Shown: in pieces, positions 14,001-28,300 of the stretch | Position numbering within the stretch: position 1 is the first letter of the stretch | Layout: each line of letters begins with the position of its first letter | Source of the DNA: Phaeosaccion multiseriatum | Taxonomy: Eukaryota > Protista > Ochrophyta, other classes | Direction: 5' to 3' | DNA: 64,000 nucleotides | Assembly (NCBI GenBank): GCA_965112735.1 | Contig: OZ218953.1 | Span: 682,001 to 746,000 of the forward strand | Position numbers and translations under genes: made by a program | Notes under the pieces: generated by a model | What the model saw: only the letters and a program-made list of their open reading frames with translations | What the model was told of the DNA's origin: nothing | Database searches by the model: none

Positions 14001-16096
14001 GGCGGCACGGAGGGCGAAACCGTGGCCAAGATCAAGGAGGGCGTGGTGCCTTTGGGCCCGGACGAAGCAGGGCACCTCTCTGCCTCAGCACAGGACCTAC
14101 TTATGGGCCTCATGGCCACCGACCCCGACAAGAGGCTCACTGCCAAGCAGGTTGGTTGTTTGTGGGTTGACTCGACTCACAACTGGCGGGCTTGGACTGG
14201 GCTCACCACCCATCTACTTAAGTCACCCTCCACCGCACACCCTACACCCTCGCCACGCTCCCCCTCCCACCTTACACACCTCTCTCTCTCTCTCTCCCTC
14301 CCTCCCTCCCTCCTTCCCTTCACCTCAGATGCTGGAGCACCCCTGGGTCCGTGGCGAGACGGCATCAACTGAGATCATACAAGGAAGCGCAATGAAGCTC
14401 AAGATCTTCCAAGACGTGCTCAAAAAGAAGCTGGAAACCGGTGAGTTCGCAAGTGCGCGTATGTGTGTGTGTGTGTGCGTGTGTGCGTGTGTGCGGGCGT
14501 GTGTGTGTGCGTGTGCGTGTGTGTGCGTGTTTGCGTCCGTGCTGGCCCCGCCCTTTTGCCACCCCCCCTCTGGTCTCTCTCTCGTGCATGAGCAAATGTG
14601 AATGTGTGTGTGTGTGTGCATGTCGTATGGTTGGGCTCAAGATCGTTTGCTGCCCCTAATGTCCCCCCCCCCCCCCCACCATCCATCCATCCTCTGGCCT
14701 GGTCCACGCCCATATGCTTAGGCATGTTTGCGATGCTAGTGAAGCAGGCCATGGCACGCAGCGTGAGGCGAGCGGAGGCTAAGAAGTTCCAGGTCAGTCA
14801 GTCAGTCAGTCAGTCAGTCACAGCCAGCATCCACTGCCATCCATTTACTGAGAAGTCTCTTTTCTCCCATGCTCCTGCCGCCATCCACTGCCATCCATCG
14901 ACAGGTCAACGTGGAGGAGGCGGGCAACGCGATGGCTGCCGCCTTTCAGGCCTTCGACAAGGTGCGTTGTTTGTGTCAGGGGCAGAGTCGTTGCCATCCA
15001 CCACCATCCACTGTCATCGACTGCCATCCAGGCTGGGTGGTGTTTTGTATGTCATGTGCTGATGTGCTCTACCCCCTATTACGTACTATTATCTGTACAC
15101 TGCATGAAACGCCACACACAACAAACAGGGCGGTAAGGGCTTCGTGACGGGGGGCGACATTGCGGCGGTCTTGGAGGAGATGGGGGAGGAGGGAATGAGT
15201 GAGCAAGACGCCGCGAGCGTGCAGGAGGGCATCAAGGAGGCTAAGGCCGAGGCCAAGAAGAGAGACTCGGGCAAGGGCAAGGACAAGGACAAGGACAAGG
15301 ACAAGGGCAGTATTGGCAGCAATGATGGTAGTCCTATGGAGAGCATTAAGGAGGAGGGGCAGCAGCAGAAAGGCGCTGCTTTAGAAGTGGGTGGACAAGA
15401 ACGAGAAGCGGCGACGGACAGGGCAGCGGCAGCGGCAGCGGCACGGGTAGGGCAGGTGCAAGAGCAGGCGCTCGACCCAGGGGGGGACGATGTGTTGTCC
15501 GACGACGGCGGCAGTGGCGATGAGGGTGGATTACAACAGCCTCAGGGCCGTAGTGTGACTCGGCAGATCGTCCAGGAGGCCGGAGAGGGTATCGACATCT
15601 CGAGCTTCGAGCAGTTGACAAGCTGTCTGAGCACAGTAGCGCTCAAGCCTGGCGACTATGTGTTTCGGCAGGGGGACGAGGGAGACTATCTTTACTTTAT
15701 AAACAGGTGCGGTGAGGGGGGGGTGGAGGGAGGGGGGGTGGGGTGAGAGAGAGGGAGGGAGGGAGGGAGGGAGGGAGGGAGGGAGGCGATTGCTACCCTG
15801 GCTGCCACACTCAGCTTAGCTAACCCTTCAACCCTGTCTTTGTCTCTGCGTGCCTTTTTTGTTGTTGTTGTCGTTGTTGCTGTTGTTGTTGTTGTTGTTG
15901 TTGTTGTTATTGTTATTGTTGCTGTTGTTGTTGTTGTTATTATTGTTATTGTTATCGTTGTTATTGTTGTCTTGCGTGCTGCACTGGTGCTGCTTTGATG
16001 TGGCATGATATCGTGACACAGGGGCAACGTGGACATTGTCAAAGAGGACGAAGTGACACCGCCATTACCGACGACAGGGGCTGCCAGCTCTGCTGC

Positions 16097-16137
<41 letters not shown>

Positions 16138-18261
16138 GTGCTGTGCCTCTTCCTATTCCTCCCACTGCCGAGGCGAGGACAATAAAGTTGGCCACTCTCC
16201 GAGTGGGGGACCTCTTCGGCGAGCAGGTGGGTGGGCCATGGAGTGCCATAGAGGAGTTCTAGTTTCAGTCTATTGAGCCCTCTATCAATGTCGATGACAT
16301 CGACATACATACGCTCCCGCATATCCCCTGAGGGACACCTGCTCCCTCCTCAAAGAACTGAGACTGTAACTCAACTCCTCCTCAAACTGAAACCGAACCG
16401 TTCCTCAGGCCATGCTGACGGGCGAGAACCGCATGGCGAGCGCGAGGTGTGTGGGGCCCGTTGAGCTCCTGCGTATTAGCAAGGAGGACCTACAGAGGCT
16501 CATGGGAGAGGTGAGCAAGTTGGTGATCCAGAGGGAAGGGAGGGGGGGAGGGGAGGGAAGGGAGGGGTTGTTCCTACCCTTTGAACCAAACATAGCCAAG
16601 CGCAAGATACATGCATGCTGCTCCTCGGTCTTGGGGCTCTTAAGGAGGCAGAACTGCTTCATCACTACTTTCGTACCGCTACCCGTACGCCTCTTACGCC
16701 TCTGCCCATACGCCTCTGCTGCCCACACGCCTCTACCCATACATCTCTGCCCATACGCCTCTACCCGTACACCTCTACCCATACATCTCTGCCCATACGC
16801 CTCTGCCCATACGCCTCTGCTGCCCATACGCCTCTACCCGTACACCTCTACCCATACGCCTCTACCCATACATCTCTGCCCATACGCCTCTGCTGCCCAC
16901 ACGCCTCTACCCGTACACCTCTGCCCATACGCCTCTACCCATACATCTCTGCCCATACGCCTCTGCTGCCCATACGCCTCTACCCATACGCCTCTACTCC
17001 TCCCCAGGCAAAATCCGCCTCCGCCAACCTCCGTGAGACCGCACTACTCCGCGAGCTTAACCGAGCCAAGGGCGTGCTCCGAGCGGTGGGAGGGGTGGTG
17101 AAGCATGTGGTGCCAAGTGGGGAGCAGGTGGTGCGGCAGGGGGAGGAAGGACACTCCATGTTCACTGTCGTGGAGGGGAGTCTTGACGTGTTGATAGACC
17201 AGGGCGGGGAGGAAGGGGACGGAGGGAAGGGAGAGGAAGGAGGGGAGGGAGTTGGGAGGAGCAAGAGCAAGCGCAGGATTAAGGTAAGGAGGGTAGGAGA
17301 GAGGGGAGGGGAGGGGAGGGGAGGGGAGGGGAAGGGAGGGATGGATGGGGGGGGGGGGGCGGGAGGTTGAAGCGGAGGGCTTGTCTTTCGCTAGGGGTGA
17401 GGGTGAGCCGTCTCCCGAGGGATCAAAAGAGGAGGGAGGGAGGGAGGGAGGGAGGGAGGCGGTGTGCTGGCGCTGGAGGGCGCCGGTCTTACACCGTCAC
17501 TTCACCTCACTCCTTTGCATTGCGTGTGTTTACGTGTGTACGTACGTGTGTACGTGTGTGTGTGTGTGTGTGTGCGCGCGTTTGCGTGTGCAGGTGGCTT
17601 CGATTGGACCCGGGGGAGTATTCGGAGAGGCCGCGCTGCTTTCCTCCCAACCCAGAAACGCAACCGTTACATGTATGGGCAACAAGAGTCCTGACACTAA
17701 GGACAGCAGCAGCTCTCCTGACGCCAAGGGCTGTGGCATTTGCGTGTTGCATGAAGTGGACGGGGAGGTGTTTCAGGCCCTCCTTGCCTCCAACGTGGCG
17801 TTTCGCAAGAACATTCGCCTCATTGTGACTATGCGACAGTTTCGGAGGGATGTGATGAAGCTCGGGGGGTTCGAGAACGATGGAAGGCTGGGCAATGAGC
17901 GCCTCACGAAGTAAGTTTTGTGTGTGTTTGGGGGGGGGGGAGGGAGGGGAGAGTGAGCTTTCTTATGGCTTACGGCTTGAGGACTGTTTTAGGATGCTGC
18001 TGCTTCTCGCTCACCGCCGTCTCTGCCCCCCCCCCCCCCCCTTCCTCACACATACACACACGTACTCACGCATACTCGCAGAGTGTTCCAATTCATAGAC
18101 GCAGATGGAAGCGGTATCATTGACCAGAAGGAGCTGATCCGAGGCCTCAGAGAGGTTGGCAGTCACCTCACAGACACAGACATTGGGCTGCTAATGAAGG
18201 CCGCCGACATATATCAGGACGGGGGCATCAACTTGAAGGAGTTCTGCAGGTGTGTGTGTGT

Positions 18262-18304
<43 letters not shown>

Positions 18305-18545
18305 TGAGTGTGCTGTGGATGTGTATGTTTGTGTGAGTGAGTGTGTATGTGTGTGTGTGTGTCTGAGTGTGTGCTGTGTGTCGGTCGATGGCCCGTCTGT
18401 GCCCCTCTCTTCCCTGTGGTGTGGGCTTCCATCTTATTTTCACCCCTTGATCCTCCCGTCTGCCCATACGCTTGCCCCACCACCCCTACGCAGGCTCTTC
18501 TCTTGGTCAGAGGACGACACAGACAGAGATAACTACGAGGACTGA
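11026..18545 (+). CDS. CaMK-like Ser/Thr kinase with an EF-hand, two cNMP-binding domains and a C-terminal EF-hand pair (about 15 exons)
   Basis: LGEGGFASV / VAVK (12050-12120); 25-nt micro-exon 12537-12561; HPNI..YYLIMEM (12851-12937); VHADLK|PEN; DFG; GTTVYWPPE; DMWAVGV; EF-hand [12 protein letters not shown]; cNMP motifs [28 protein letters not shown] and [27 protein letters not shown]; EF-hands [12 protein letters not shown] and [12 protein letters not shown]; stop TGA at 18543-18545. The start codon is the least certain part. Confidence 0.88.
15858..15970. repeat. (TTG)n microsatellite in a kinase intron
   Basis: Imperfect gtt/att triplet run. Confidence 0.9.
16690..16998. repeat. ~14-17 bp minisatellite (CCCATACGCCTCTR variants) in a kinase intron
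   Basis: About 20 tandem variants of cccatacgcctctg/a directly upstream of the acceptor at 17008. Confidence 0.9.
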
Positions 18546-19159
18546 GGGCCGCTAGACTGAAGGCCTCTGGACTGAGGGCCGCTGTACAGGAGGGCGGGCG
18601 TTACACATCATCACGTCAAAGTTCAGAGTGGAAGGGGTCAGGATAGCCCCCAAAGAGAGGCCCAACGAGAGAATGGGGGGGGGGTGGCGGCTTGTATAAA
18701 GTATAAACAATTGTTGGTATGTATTTGTACCATTATCTCTACTCCTATCGTACGGTACATTTCGTTCGTAATTTAACATGACGATGACAAAATTTTCCAA
18801 GTCGGGATGGGATGTTCGAGCATAAACTGCCTTCTTTCCGTACCTTCCCCTCCCCTGTGGCTAAATGAACATGGTACCATGCACACCATTCGATCAGAAG
18901 GGGCGTTCCGGGCATGCTGTGTCTGGTCTGGCCCCAACAGCTGATCACCCTTTCCCCTCCCGCCTAGGACCCACTGCCTCCCCCTCTCTGTCCATCCCTC
19001 TCCGTCTCTCTTTTCTACCTTATAAACTTACATGTATATATATTTATCTTGCCTTACCCCTGCCCCCCTTTCTACACCGCCTCGTCCACCCCCCCCCTCC
19101 CCCCCCCGCCCTCCTCCTCCCTCTTCTCGGAGTAGGGTGGGCCGTGCTCTGTCTCTCTC

Positions 19160-22100
19160 TCAAGACGGCATCAGCATCGACAGAACCATCTCAATCTGTG
19201 TGCCCACCTCCCCCCTCAGAGCATTGTGTCCGCTTCCCTCGGCCACCACCCTGCGCAGATCGTCCACTGCCGGTGCGCAGAGCTTGGCAAGATAGCCAAT
19301 GCAGTCCTCTCTTGACGCAAACACCTGCATCCACCTCATGGTCTGAACACAACCACACACGCACATACACACACACACACGTTCACACACAGAAGAGAGG
19401 ATTGGGGGGGGGGGGGAGGGGGGTTGGATGGATCAGCAAGTGGGGGAGCAGGAAGGAAGAGGAGGGGCGAGCAAGCCTCCGTCCTATAACAAGACACACG
19501 CCCTGCTCACTCACTACTGCTCACTCGTCACTCCTTACCTGCTCCAGGTACCTCAAGTCGTTCTCTGCATCCGGAGATATCTCGCATGCTTCTTGCCTTT
19601 GACGAGCCAGCTCTCGCGCCTCCTCCTCCTGCTGCTGCTGCTGCTGGATCACCAACTCCTGCTGCTCTTCCTCCTCCTGTTTCTGCTGCTGTAGGTGGAG
19701 GGTAGCTGTCGAGGTGTGCTGCTCCCTGTCATCACCTTGACCCTTGGTGCCCTCTCCTCCAGTCCCCTCTCTCTGTGCCTCCTCCCCACCCCCTTCGTTG
19801 CCTGAAGGCTCCACGCTCGAGCCTCTTCCCTCCTGCCGGGTGGTGTGGCTCTCACCGGAGGGAACATTTAGAGGCACATGGGCACCAACCACCGCCGCGG
19901 CCTCCCCATCCCCACTCTCCTCCTCCTGCGGTGGGTAATGCTGCTGCCCCCCATCCGAGGTTTCCGCCCCCATGCTTGTGGGCTGAGCTGACTGCCGGTC
20001 CTCACCCTCCACCAGCCCAGCAGCCCCCGCGTTGGCCCCAGGCGAAGGCTCCACCGCCACATCCGCAGGAGCAGCGGCAGCAGGACCAGAAGCAGGACCA
20101 GCAGCAGCAGGAGGACTCTGAAGCCTCGTCGCCAGCCTGTGACACGCCTCCTCCACCACCGTTCGCAAGCCTTGCAGCTCATGCATGAGCGTGCCGTCGT
20201 CAAGAGCCCTCAACGCCGTCGGCGCAACCTCACAAAGCACGGGGAAGCATTCCACGGGAAGGGTCACGAACCGAGCAGGAGAGGTGAGACGAGCCGTAGC
20301 CACAAGGCTTAGGAAGATGTCGGTCGAGTGAGGGGCATCCCGGAGAAGGTCCCCCACAACGGAGAGAGGCCGGGTGCGGTCCAGCAAGAGTGTCAGCTCC
20401 ACCGAGGCACGGCCCAGTATGGATAAGTTGACTTGGCCACCTTTATAAAGAGGTAGCGACGGAGCGCGTCAGAGGGGGTGTGTATGTGTGTGTGCGATTG
20501 TGCGATTGTGTGCACTCATCACACAGCAAGTAAGAGAAAGAGGTGGGCGGCCCATGAAAGAAAGACAACGGAGATACAGGGGAAGGGACAACCAGCCCAT
20601 CATCATCGGGTAGTACAAAAGGCAAAGCCCATGCCCTCCCTCCCCTCCTGTATAGACTACACTCACTTTGTCGGCACGTCATGAGTAGGTAAGTCACGGC
20701 AAATGCCGCCACACTTGATGGTGTGACACAGCCACTCCAGAGTTCCTTTTCCTGCTCCTCCTCGTTCGCCTTCTCGTTCTCCTTCTCCTTCTCACTCTCT
20801 TCGTCCCTTCTGTCGCCCTCTTCCCCAACGGCCATGTCCATGCCATGCCTAGTCCTCCTGCGTTGTTGTCCGTTCTGCAGCTTCGTTGACAGGCACCGGA
20901 GAGCCGCGGCCCATACGAGCATAGTCAAGTTTAGGAGGTCGTTGATGCGAGGCAATGGTATATGGCTGCGGATCTTGGTGTGCATCTGGCCAGAAGCGAG
21001 GGGCGGAGGAGGGGGGGAGGGAGTCCATTGCGAGGCGTGTAAGTGGACTTTCGACTCAGGCGGCGGGCGCTAGTGGCATGGGCGACTTTGTACTCTGCGG
21101 CATAGGCTCAAGCAGCGAGCGCTGCATGCCACTCGCTAGGCCCTCTCCTCCTACACGCGTCCTTACTACTCATCCACATGTAGGCAATGGCACACCCCTA
21201 ACCCTTCGCTGCTGCAAGTAAGACACACCCACTCACTCACTCACTCACTCACTCACTCACTCCCTCCCTCACTCATTTACTCACCTCCCGCTGCACGAGG
21301 CTTATCAGCACCGCCACCGTCCGCTCACTCGTCTGCATGTGGTCCAGTAGCAGCAAGAAGGCCTTCCCAATATGGAGCGCCAGCTGAGGCTGACCAGTGC
21401 CATCCCCAAGGGCAGCCGCGAAGGTTCTGTACAAATAAGACACCTCTTCGTTGCCGCGAGCAGCAGCGGCAGCGGCTTCTACTCCCGCCACCCGCGGGGC
21501 GGCGTACTCCGCTTGAGCGTCGCAGGCTCTTTGTTGTCTCATCGACTCTCGCTTTCGCTTCATCTCCATCTCTTGCCGAATAGCCGCCGCCAATGTGAAT
21601 ATGCCGCATGGGAACATACGACCAACCGCCCTAGCAGTCTCTCCATCCCCTGCATCCCCACCAGTCCCACCAGGCCCACCCTCGCCGCTCACAGCTGCAG
21701 ATGAGGACGAGGCGTCTCCTCCTCCTCTGTTCAGGTGCCACGCTTGCTGCATATCATGGTCGAGTCGAAGCAGGTAGGTGTACATGCCCTCTGCGAGTTC
21801 ACTGCCATTCTCCCAGCCACGCACGAAATCCTCGAAGCCTTGGACGTCGTGTTGGTGGTCCTGCACAGTCGACAAGATGCGTACGCACGCCGTCAGCACG
21901 CCATTCGAGAGGTCCAACTGCTTATCGAAGTAGTGCTGCTGCTGCTGCTGCCACTCGTACTGATGACTGTCTCTTCCTCCTCCTCCTCCTCCTCCTGCAT
22001 CTGCATCACCGGCTGCGCCGCTGTTGCTCCCTATCAGCGCAGACAGTCTCTGCTGCACGATAGCCCTTTCCCTGTCCACCACGCTAACCACCCGCGTCAG

Positions 22101-22804
22101 ACGCGCGAGACCGCCCTTCCTCAGGAAGGCAGACACCGCCGCAGTCCGTATCTCCCTCCGAGGCGCACGCGTCAGGCACAGAAAGGCGACGTTCAGCACG
22201 TTACCGAGAGCGTGTAGCCCGTTCTCCCTGTCCCTGTCCCTGTCCCTGTCCCTGGCTGCCGCGTTCATCACTGTGGGCGAAGACGCGCCCATCCCCCCCC
22301 CTCCCCCTCCCCCACCGTTGTTGTTTTCAGGGCCCATACCAAAGCCGCCACCTCCGCCATAGACTCCTGCCTCCTCCTCCGCCCTGATCACAAGCCGCTG
22401 CAGCCACTCCGCCGAGAGGGCGGGCTCCTCCGCTACTCCTGCTGCTGCTTCTGCTGCGGTATCACCAACTGCTCCGGGTGCTGGTGCTGTGTGCGCGCCC
22501 AAGATTCGACCGATGTAGAAGAAGCGAGCCTCGAAATGGGCGCTCTCCGTGCTGGGGAGGGAGGGGAAGAAAGAAGGAAATGGAAGAGGCATCGTCACGA
22601 AATAATAATGGCACAAAGCGACGAAAGTAGACAAGGGACAACAAGAGAACAAGCAGAGCTTCATGTGTGTCCAGGCCCGCGACATGAGCTAAGAGCAGCT
22701 GATAGCTGAGGCGCCTGCAGATGACCAAGGTGCCATTCTGAAGGCCGCAGACACCAACAACCCCCACTTACACAAGCAGCCACGAAGGCATCATCAGCAA
22801 TGGC

Positions 22805-22883
<79 letters not shown>

Positions 22884-25298
22884 GTCATACGTGGCGCTGT
22901 TGTGCTTGCTCACCTCATCAAGAGGCACTCGATCCCTCTCAGCAGCACTTGCTCCACCTTCTCGCAGTGCTCCGTGTCGGTCTTGAACAAGAACCAATCC
23001 ATCGCCAACAGCCAATTTGGATGAGTGAACATGGGCGTCTGAGGGGGCAGTAGCACCATCCCCAATTTAGCCCAGGTGTCGTAAACCACCCAGCTGTACT
23101 TGTCGTTGAAGAGACGATTGTCGGGTGTGCTGGACAGGGCAAATGGACGGACGGAGGGACGGACGGATGGACAGATCATGACTGATTAGAGGCGTATGGA
23201 ACAGACGGAGGATGGAAAAGGGACGGGGGGCAGCCGCGCCATGATGGTAGTTGGTGGTTCGGGCAGTCGTCAGTCACTATCAGGAGAACGCTCTACTCAA
23301 GGAGGGCGAGGCGGGCGAGAGATGGAGAGAGACAGAGAGAGACTCTCATGTCCTACGCACACACCCGCCCCCATCCACGATGCTGTTGCTGGCCGCTTAT
23401 GCTGGCCACTGCAGCGACGGAGCCCTGAGTAGTCGATTTATGTCAACCTCCCCCCCCCCGTCTCCCCTCAAACCTCCCTCCTCCTCCTCCTCCTCCTCCT
23501 CCTCCTCCTCCTCCTCCTCCTCCTCCTCCTCCTCCTCCTCTATCTCTCTTTTCTTGTTGTACTTACTCTCGGATGGTGACCAAGTAGGCCGTGAGGCGCT
23601 GGAAGTTGCGCGGCTCCGCGAGTAAGGGCATCACTACGGTTGGGTAGTTATAAAGGAGGGCGTTGAGAAGAAGCATGGCCTCGCCCTTCTCCACGTGATC
23701 CTCCTGAGGAGGGGGGAGAAGTGGGGAAGGGAGGAGAGGTAGAGGGTAGAGAGACAAGGGGGGAGGAGATAGCCAGGTGGATAAGAGGAGGGTAGAGGGC
23801 AAAGAGGGGGAGAATTGAGAGAGTTGAGCGCACAGACAGATCGAACGGTAAGAACCCATCTATTGTCACCTTCGTTGTTGCCCCTTTAATAAGCCACACA
23901 AACATACATACGGCCGGACAACACATGTTTGGGCAGAAGTGCCATGACAACAGAAACATGGAGGTGTCAGAAGGTGAAAGTAGGGATAAAGGGAGGGAGG
24001 GCTCTTCTCTTCAAGGCCTTGTTTACTTGTCTAACTTGTCGACTTGGCTCCTGCCTTACCTCTCGCTCCGCGTCCATTGTCCAGAGCAGCGACAAGAAGG
24101 AGGGCAAGGCTTTGCGCACAATCGTCTCCTCCAGAGCGCTCAGACCGGGGTCCATGTTGAGCAAAGTGTGAATGAGACGGAAGTACTCGACTTGGGGCGT
24201 CACGATGGTCTGCAGCGAAGGCGCGCGGGGCGTGCGAGAGAGGATGGAGGAAGAGGAAGAGACCGGAGAGGAGATAGACATACAGAGAGGAAGAGAGAAG
24301 AGACGTAAGAGCACGCATGCACGCACTCACCCCAGCGCCCAATGCGCTGATGATGCTTGCATGGAACATTCCATGGAAGCATTCTGAATCGTGCTTGATA
24401 TGCCCACTGTGCGCAACGCCTCTCGTCATCGTAGGGCCCCAGGATCCATCCCATCACTCACCCACACACCCACCCACTGACACACCAGACCCACCTCATA
24501 CTCTCCCAGCACCACCCCTTGAGCGGATTCGTGGGCTTCAGAGAGGAAGCCGCAGGCGGCTCTGTCGTACGAGGAGCCCTGTTCACTGCATGCTCCTGCC
24601 ATCCATTTGGTGCCATCCATGTGGTACGCCGAAGGAGACGGGTAAGAAAGGGGGGGTGGGGGGGGGAGAGCTCGATGGTTGAGTGGTCAATGAGCCAGTT
24701 CTATGGCAAGGCAACCCTCCTGTCTCCTGTCACACACACACAAACACGCACCCACACGCACACACAAATACACACACGCACACTGTCTCCGTCACCGTGA
24801 CCCACCGTCGTAAGCGGCCACATCGTCCGCCACAGGTGGCTCAAAGGGCCGATTCGTCGGGTCCATGACCTTGCGCAGCTCGCATGTTCGAATCATTGGC
24901 AGAAAGCCGAGCAGAGAAGCCATGAGAGAGAGGCGCCGCAACTCATTGGGGGGCACTTCCTTCTCCTCCTCCTCCTCCTCCTCCTCCCGACAAGAAGCAA
25001 CCGCCGCTGCCACCGCAGCATCAGTGGCAGACGAAGCGGCAGCAGATGCCGCGGCAGTCTCTGACGCCCTCTCCGATGCTGAAGGATAAGCGCCACCACC
25101 ACCACCACAACCACCACCGTCGTCCTGCGCAGCAAAGGCCGCCGCCACCGCTGCCACCTCGGCGGCAACTTCTTCGTTCGTCTGCTGCAGATGGTTACGT
25201 CCAGGCTGCTGCTGCTGCACACTCGTTGCTGTGCTCCCAGCGTTGGATAGGTGCTGCACCAAACGAAGCGCCTGCTCTTGCTGCTGCTGCTGCTGCTC

Positions 25299-25333
<35 letters not shown>

Positions 25334-28300
25334 TCTCCTGTTGCTGGCTCCTCTTGGGTAGCGCAGCAGCGTTGGACCCCTGCAGCAGCAATAGGGCAAT
25401 GTCCATGCACAGGGCCCTCATGCCCGGGCTGCTCTCGCTGCCGAGCAACCAGACAGAGACCCATTGACTCACATTGAGCCACAGAAAGTCCCGAGCAGGC
25501 TCGCCACAGTGGGCGTAGTTTCCGCCACCAAACTCACTGAGGAGAAGCTATTGGGGGTTTTTACAGTTACATGGACGGCAGGACGACGAGACGAGGGGGT
25601 ACAACAGCGTCATGTCAGTCTCCGGGGAAGGGCGAGGACGGAGGGAGGGAGGGAGGGAGCGGGGGGGGGGGGCAGACTCACTTTGAGCTCTTCAAGATGG
25701 TCCTCAGCCTCGCTCGGCACTTCTAGCACTCCTCGAACAGCAAGGAGGAAGTGGTCCATCACCATCTCCCTTCGGGCCATTTGGCACTCGGCAGAGTCCT
25801 TCAGTGACAGGAGGGAAAGCATTACTCGGAGCGTAGCGCTCGTCTCGTAAGACTGCCCGAGGTGTATTACGTTGTTTCAGCAAGCGTTCAAGCAGAGAGA
25901 GAGAGAGTTCAAGAAGCAATCAGTCAGTCGAGGTGAGGCGAGGGGTGCGGGTGGTGGCGGGCGCCGTTATAATTCAGAAAGAGGATGGAGCACAAGTGTG
26001 CATACGATTGGAGCAAGCAGCGATGGACGGTGAGGGGGACAAGTCAAGTCAAGTCAAGCCCCTTTGAGTGACAAGAGGAGCAAAAAAATCCGGAAAGAGC
26101 CCCGTATGATCGACCGGGCCAGCCCATCAACACCTTCACAGACACATCAAACACACAACACGCACACACATACACACATGATATACACCCACCCCCACCC
26201 ACCCAAACACCCACGCACACACACATACACACACCTACACCCACGCACATACCCACACCTCCCCCCCACACCCACACACGCCCACACACCCATGCACACA
26301 CAAGCATATATATATATATATGCATGTAAACGACATACGAAGTATGAAACATTGTATACCCACCCACCTGCAGCCCGACCAGGCACCGATCGCAGAAGCG
26401 ATTGCTGGCCTCCATATCTTCCCAGCAGAGGTGGAGAGCGATGTTCACAACAGCGTCGCCGCCGCCGTGGGAGTCCAAATGGCGACGATGGGGGTCCTCC
26501 AATAGGCGGGAGAGCGTCTGGGGAGGCAGTGGATGGCGGGGGGTGGGTGAGGAGAAGGGGGAGGAGGAGCAGAAGGAGGGGGCGAAGGAGGAGGACGAGG
26601 ACGAGGAGGAGGAGGAGGAGGAGGGGGAGGAGGAGGAGGAGGAGGAGGAGGAGGAGGAGGAGGAGGAGGAGGAGGAGGAGGAGGAGGAGGAGGAGGAAGA
26701 GGAGGAAGAGACGGAGGAGGCCCTCTGAGCAGAACCGGCCCACCACATATGCACGCACACGCGCACGCACGCAGCAGCACTCTCGAAACTTACGCTCGAC
26801 TGCAGAAGGAGGTCCCTCTCCGCCTCGGGGAGAAGTACGATAGTGCTGCCTTCTTTCGTGGACGGCAGCAAGGTCGGAGGCAGACCGCATCTGAGGTCAG
26901 AAACTCTCACGTTCACGTCCACTGTGAGAACAGCAGCGTGAGAGAGAGGAAGGGAGGGAGGGAGGGAGGGAAGGATGGAGGGAAGGTGAGGAGTGCCAGG
27001 CTGTGTAGGGGTGCCTGTGGTGTATGGCTCACGCATGACATGACTGCAAGAAGAAGGAAGCCAGCTGGCTTCAGACCTCCCCCCTTCCCTCTTTCCCTCA
27101 CCTGTGACGCTCTCAACCCCGACTTCGCTCGAGCCGACAGCGCCCAAGGCACAATCACGCCTCTTCTCCTCCAACACAGCGCAGCTCCGAATCAGCAGGT
27201 CAAGTGTCTGCACCACCATGAGAGGAGAGGGGCAGCCATACACCGGGCTCGTTCCGAGACAGGTCTCATCGAAGTCAAGCAGGGCGCCTCCTCCTCTTCC
27301 TCCTCTTTCTCGTCCGCCCCCTCCTCCTCCTCCTCCTCCTCCTCCTCCTCCTCCTCCTCCTCCTCCTCCTCCTCCTCCTGCTGCTCCTCCTCCTCCTCCT
27401 CCTCCTCCTCTGCGGGGGAGTCTCAGCAGCCCCGCAGGCACCTGTGAGTCGTCAGCTCCAATCAGTACCTGACACCAGGTACAGTAGGGAGAGGAGGAAC
27501 AAAACAAAAAAAACGTTATTGAATCACGGGAAAGTACAGAAGAAGGTAAGCCTCCGCCGCGTTTACCCTCCTTCCCAAGATGCAACCCCCCCCTCGTACC
27601 TGAATGAGCCAGGGAATGACGCCACAGCGGACCATAAGCGAGCACTCTTCCGTCCCAAGGCAGGCGAAGCGATACAAAATGGTAAAGAGAGCAGCGCAGT
27701 ACTTCCACGATGCCGGGGGCAGTCCCAGAGACGCCATGCCAGCACTGACTCCTGCTTCACCTCCTCCCTCACTATCGCCACTGCCACCGCCATTTATCGC
27801 TGCCGCCAGCCCCCCGGCGTAGACGTTCGGCAACTCGGGGAGGATCTCGATGAGGGAGCCAAGAAAGCGCACCACACAGTTGGTTGATGCTTCCCAATCT
27901 ACTCGCTCAGGAATGCGGCGCACAGTCACGCGAAGGGTCGTGGCGGAGGGGTCGGTAGATGGAGGCAGAGGAAGAGACAGGTCCCCGTCCTCCTCTTGAC
28001 CGTCAAGCGAGGCAAGCCGCAGAATGTCCTGGAAGGTTGGCTGCCGAGCAGCGTCACCAGGTGCTGCCTGCTGTAGCACCAACGGCTGCAGCTGCCACGC
28101 GACAATGCTGCTTCCCTCCCTTCCTCCCTCATCTTCATCCCCATCCCCGGCGTCGTACGTGCCCTGAGCAGCGGGAGGGAAAGCGGATTCCGCCCCCTCC
28201 AACACCACAGGGGCGAACTTGGTGCGGGCTAGACGATGCCTCTTGAGCTCCTCCTCAGCCTCCTCGTCCTCCTCCTCGTCGCTCCACTCTGTGCTGCTCT

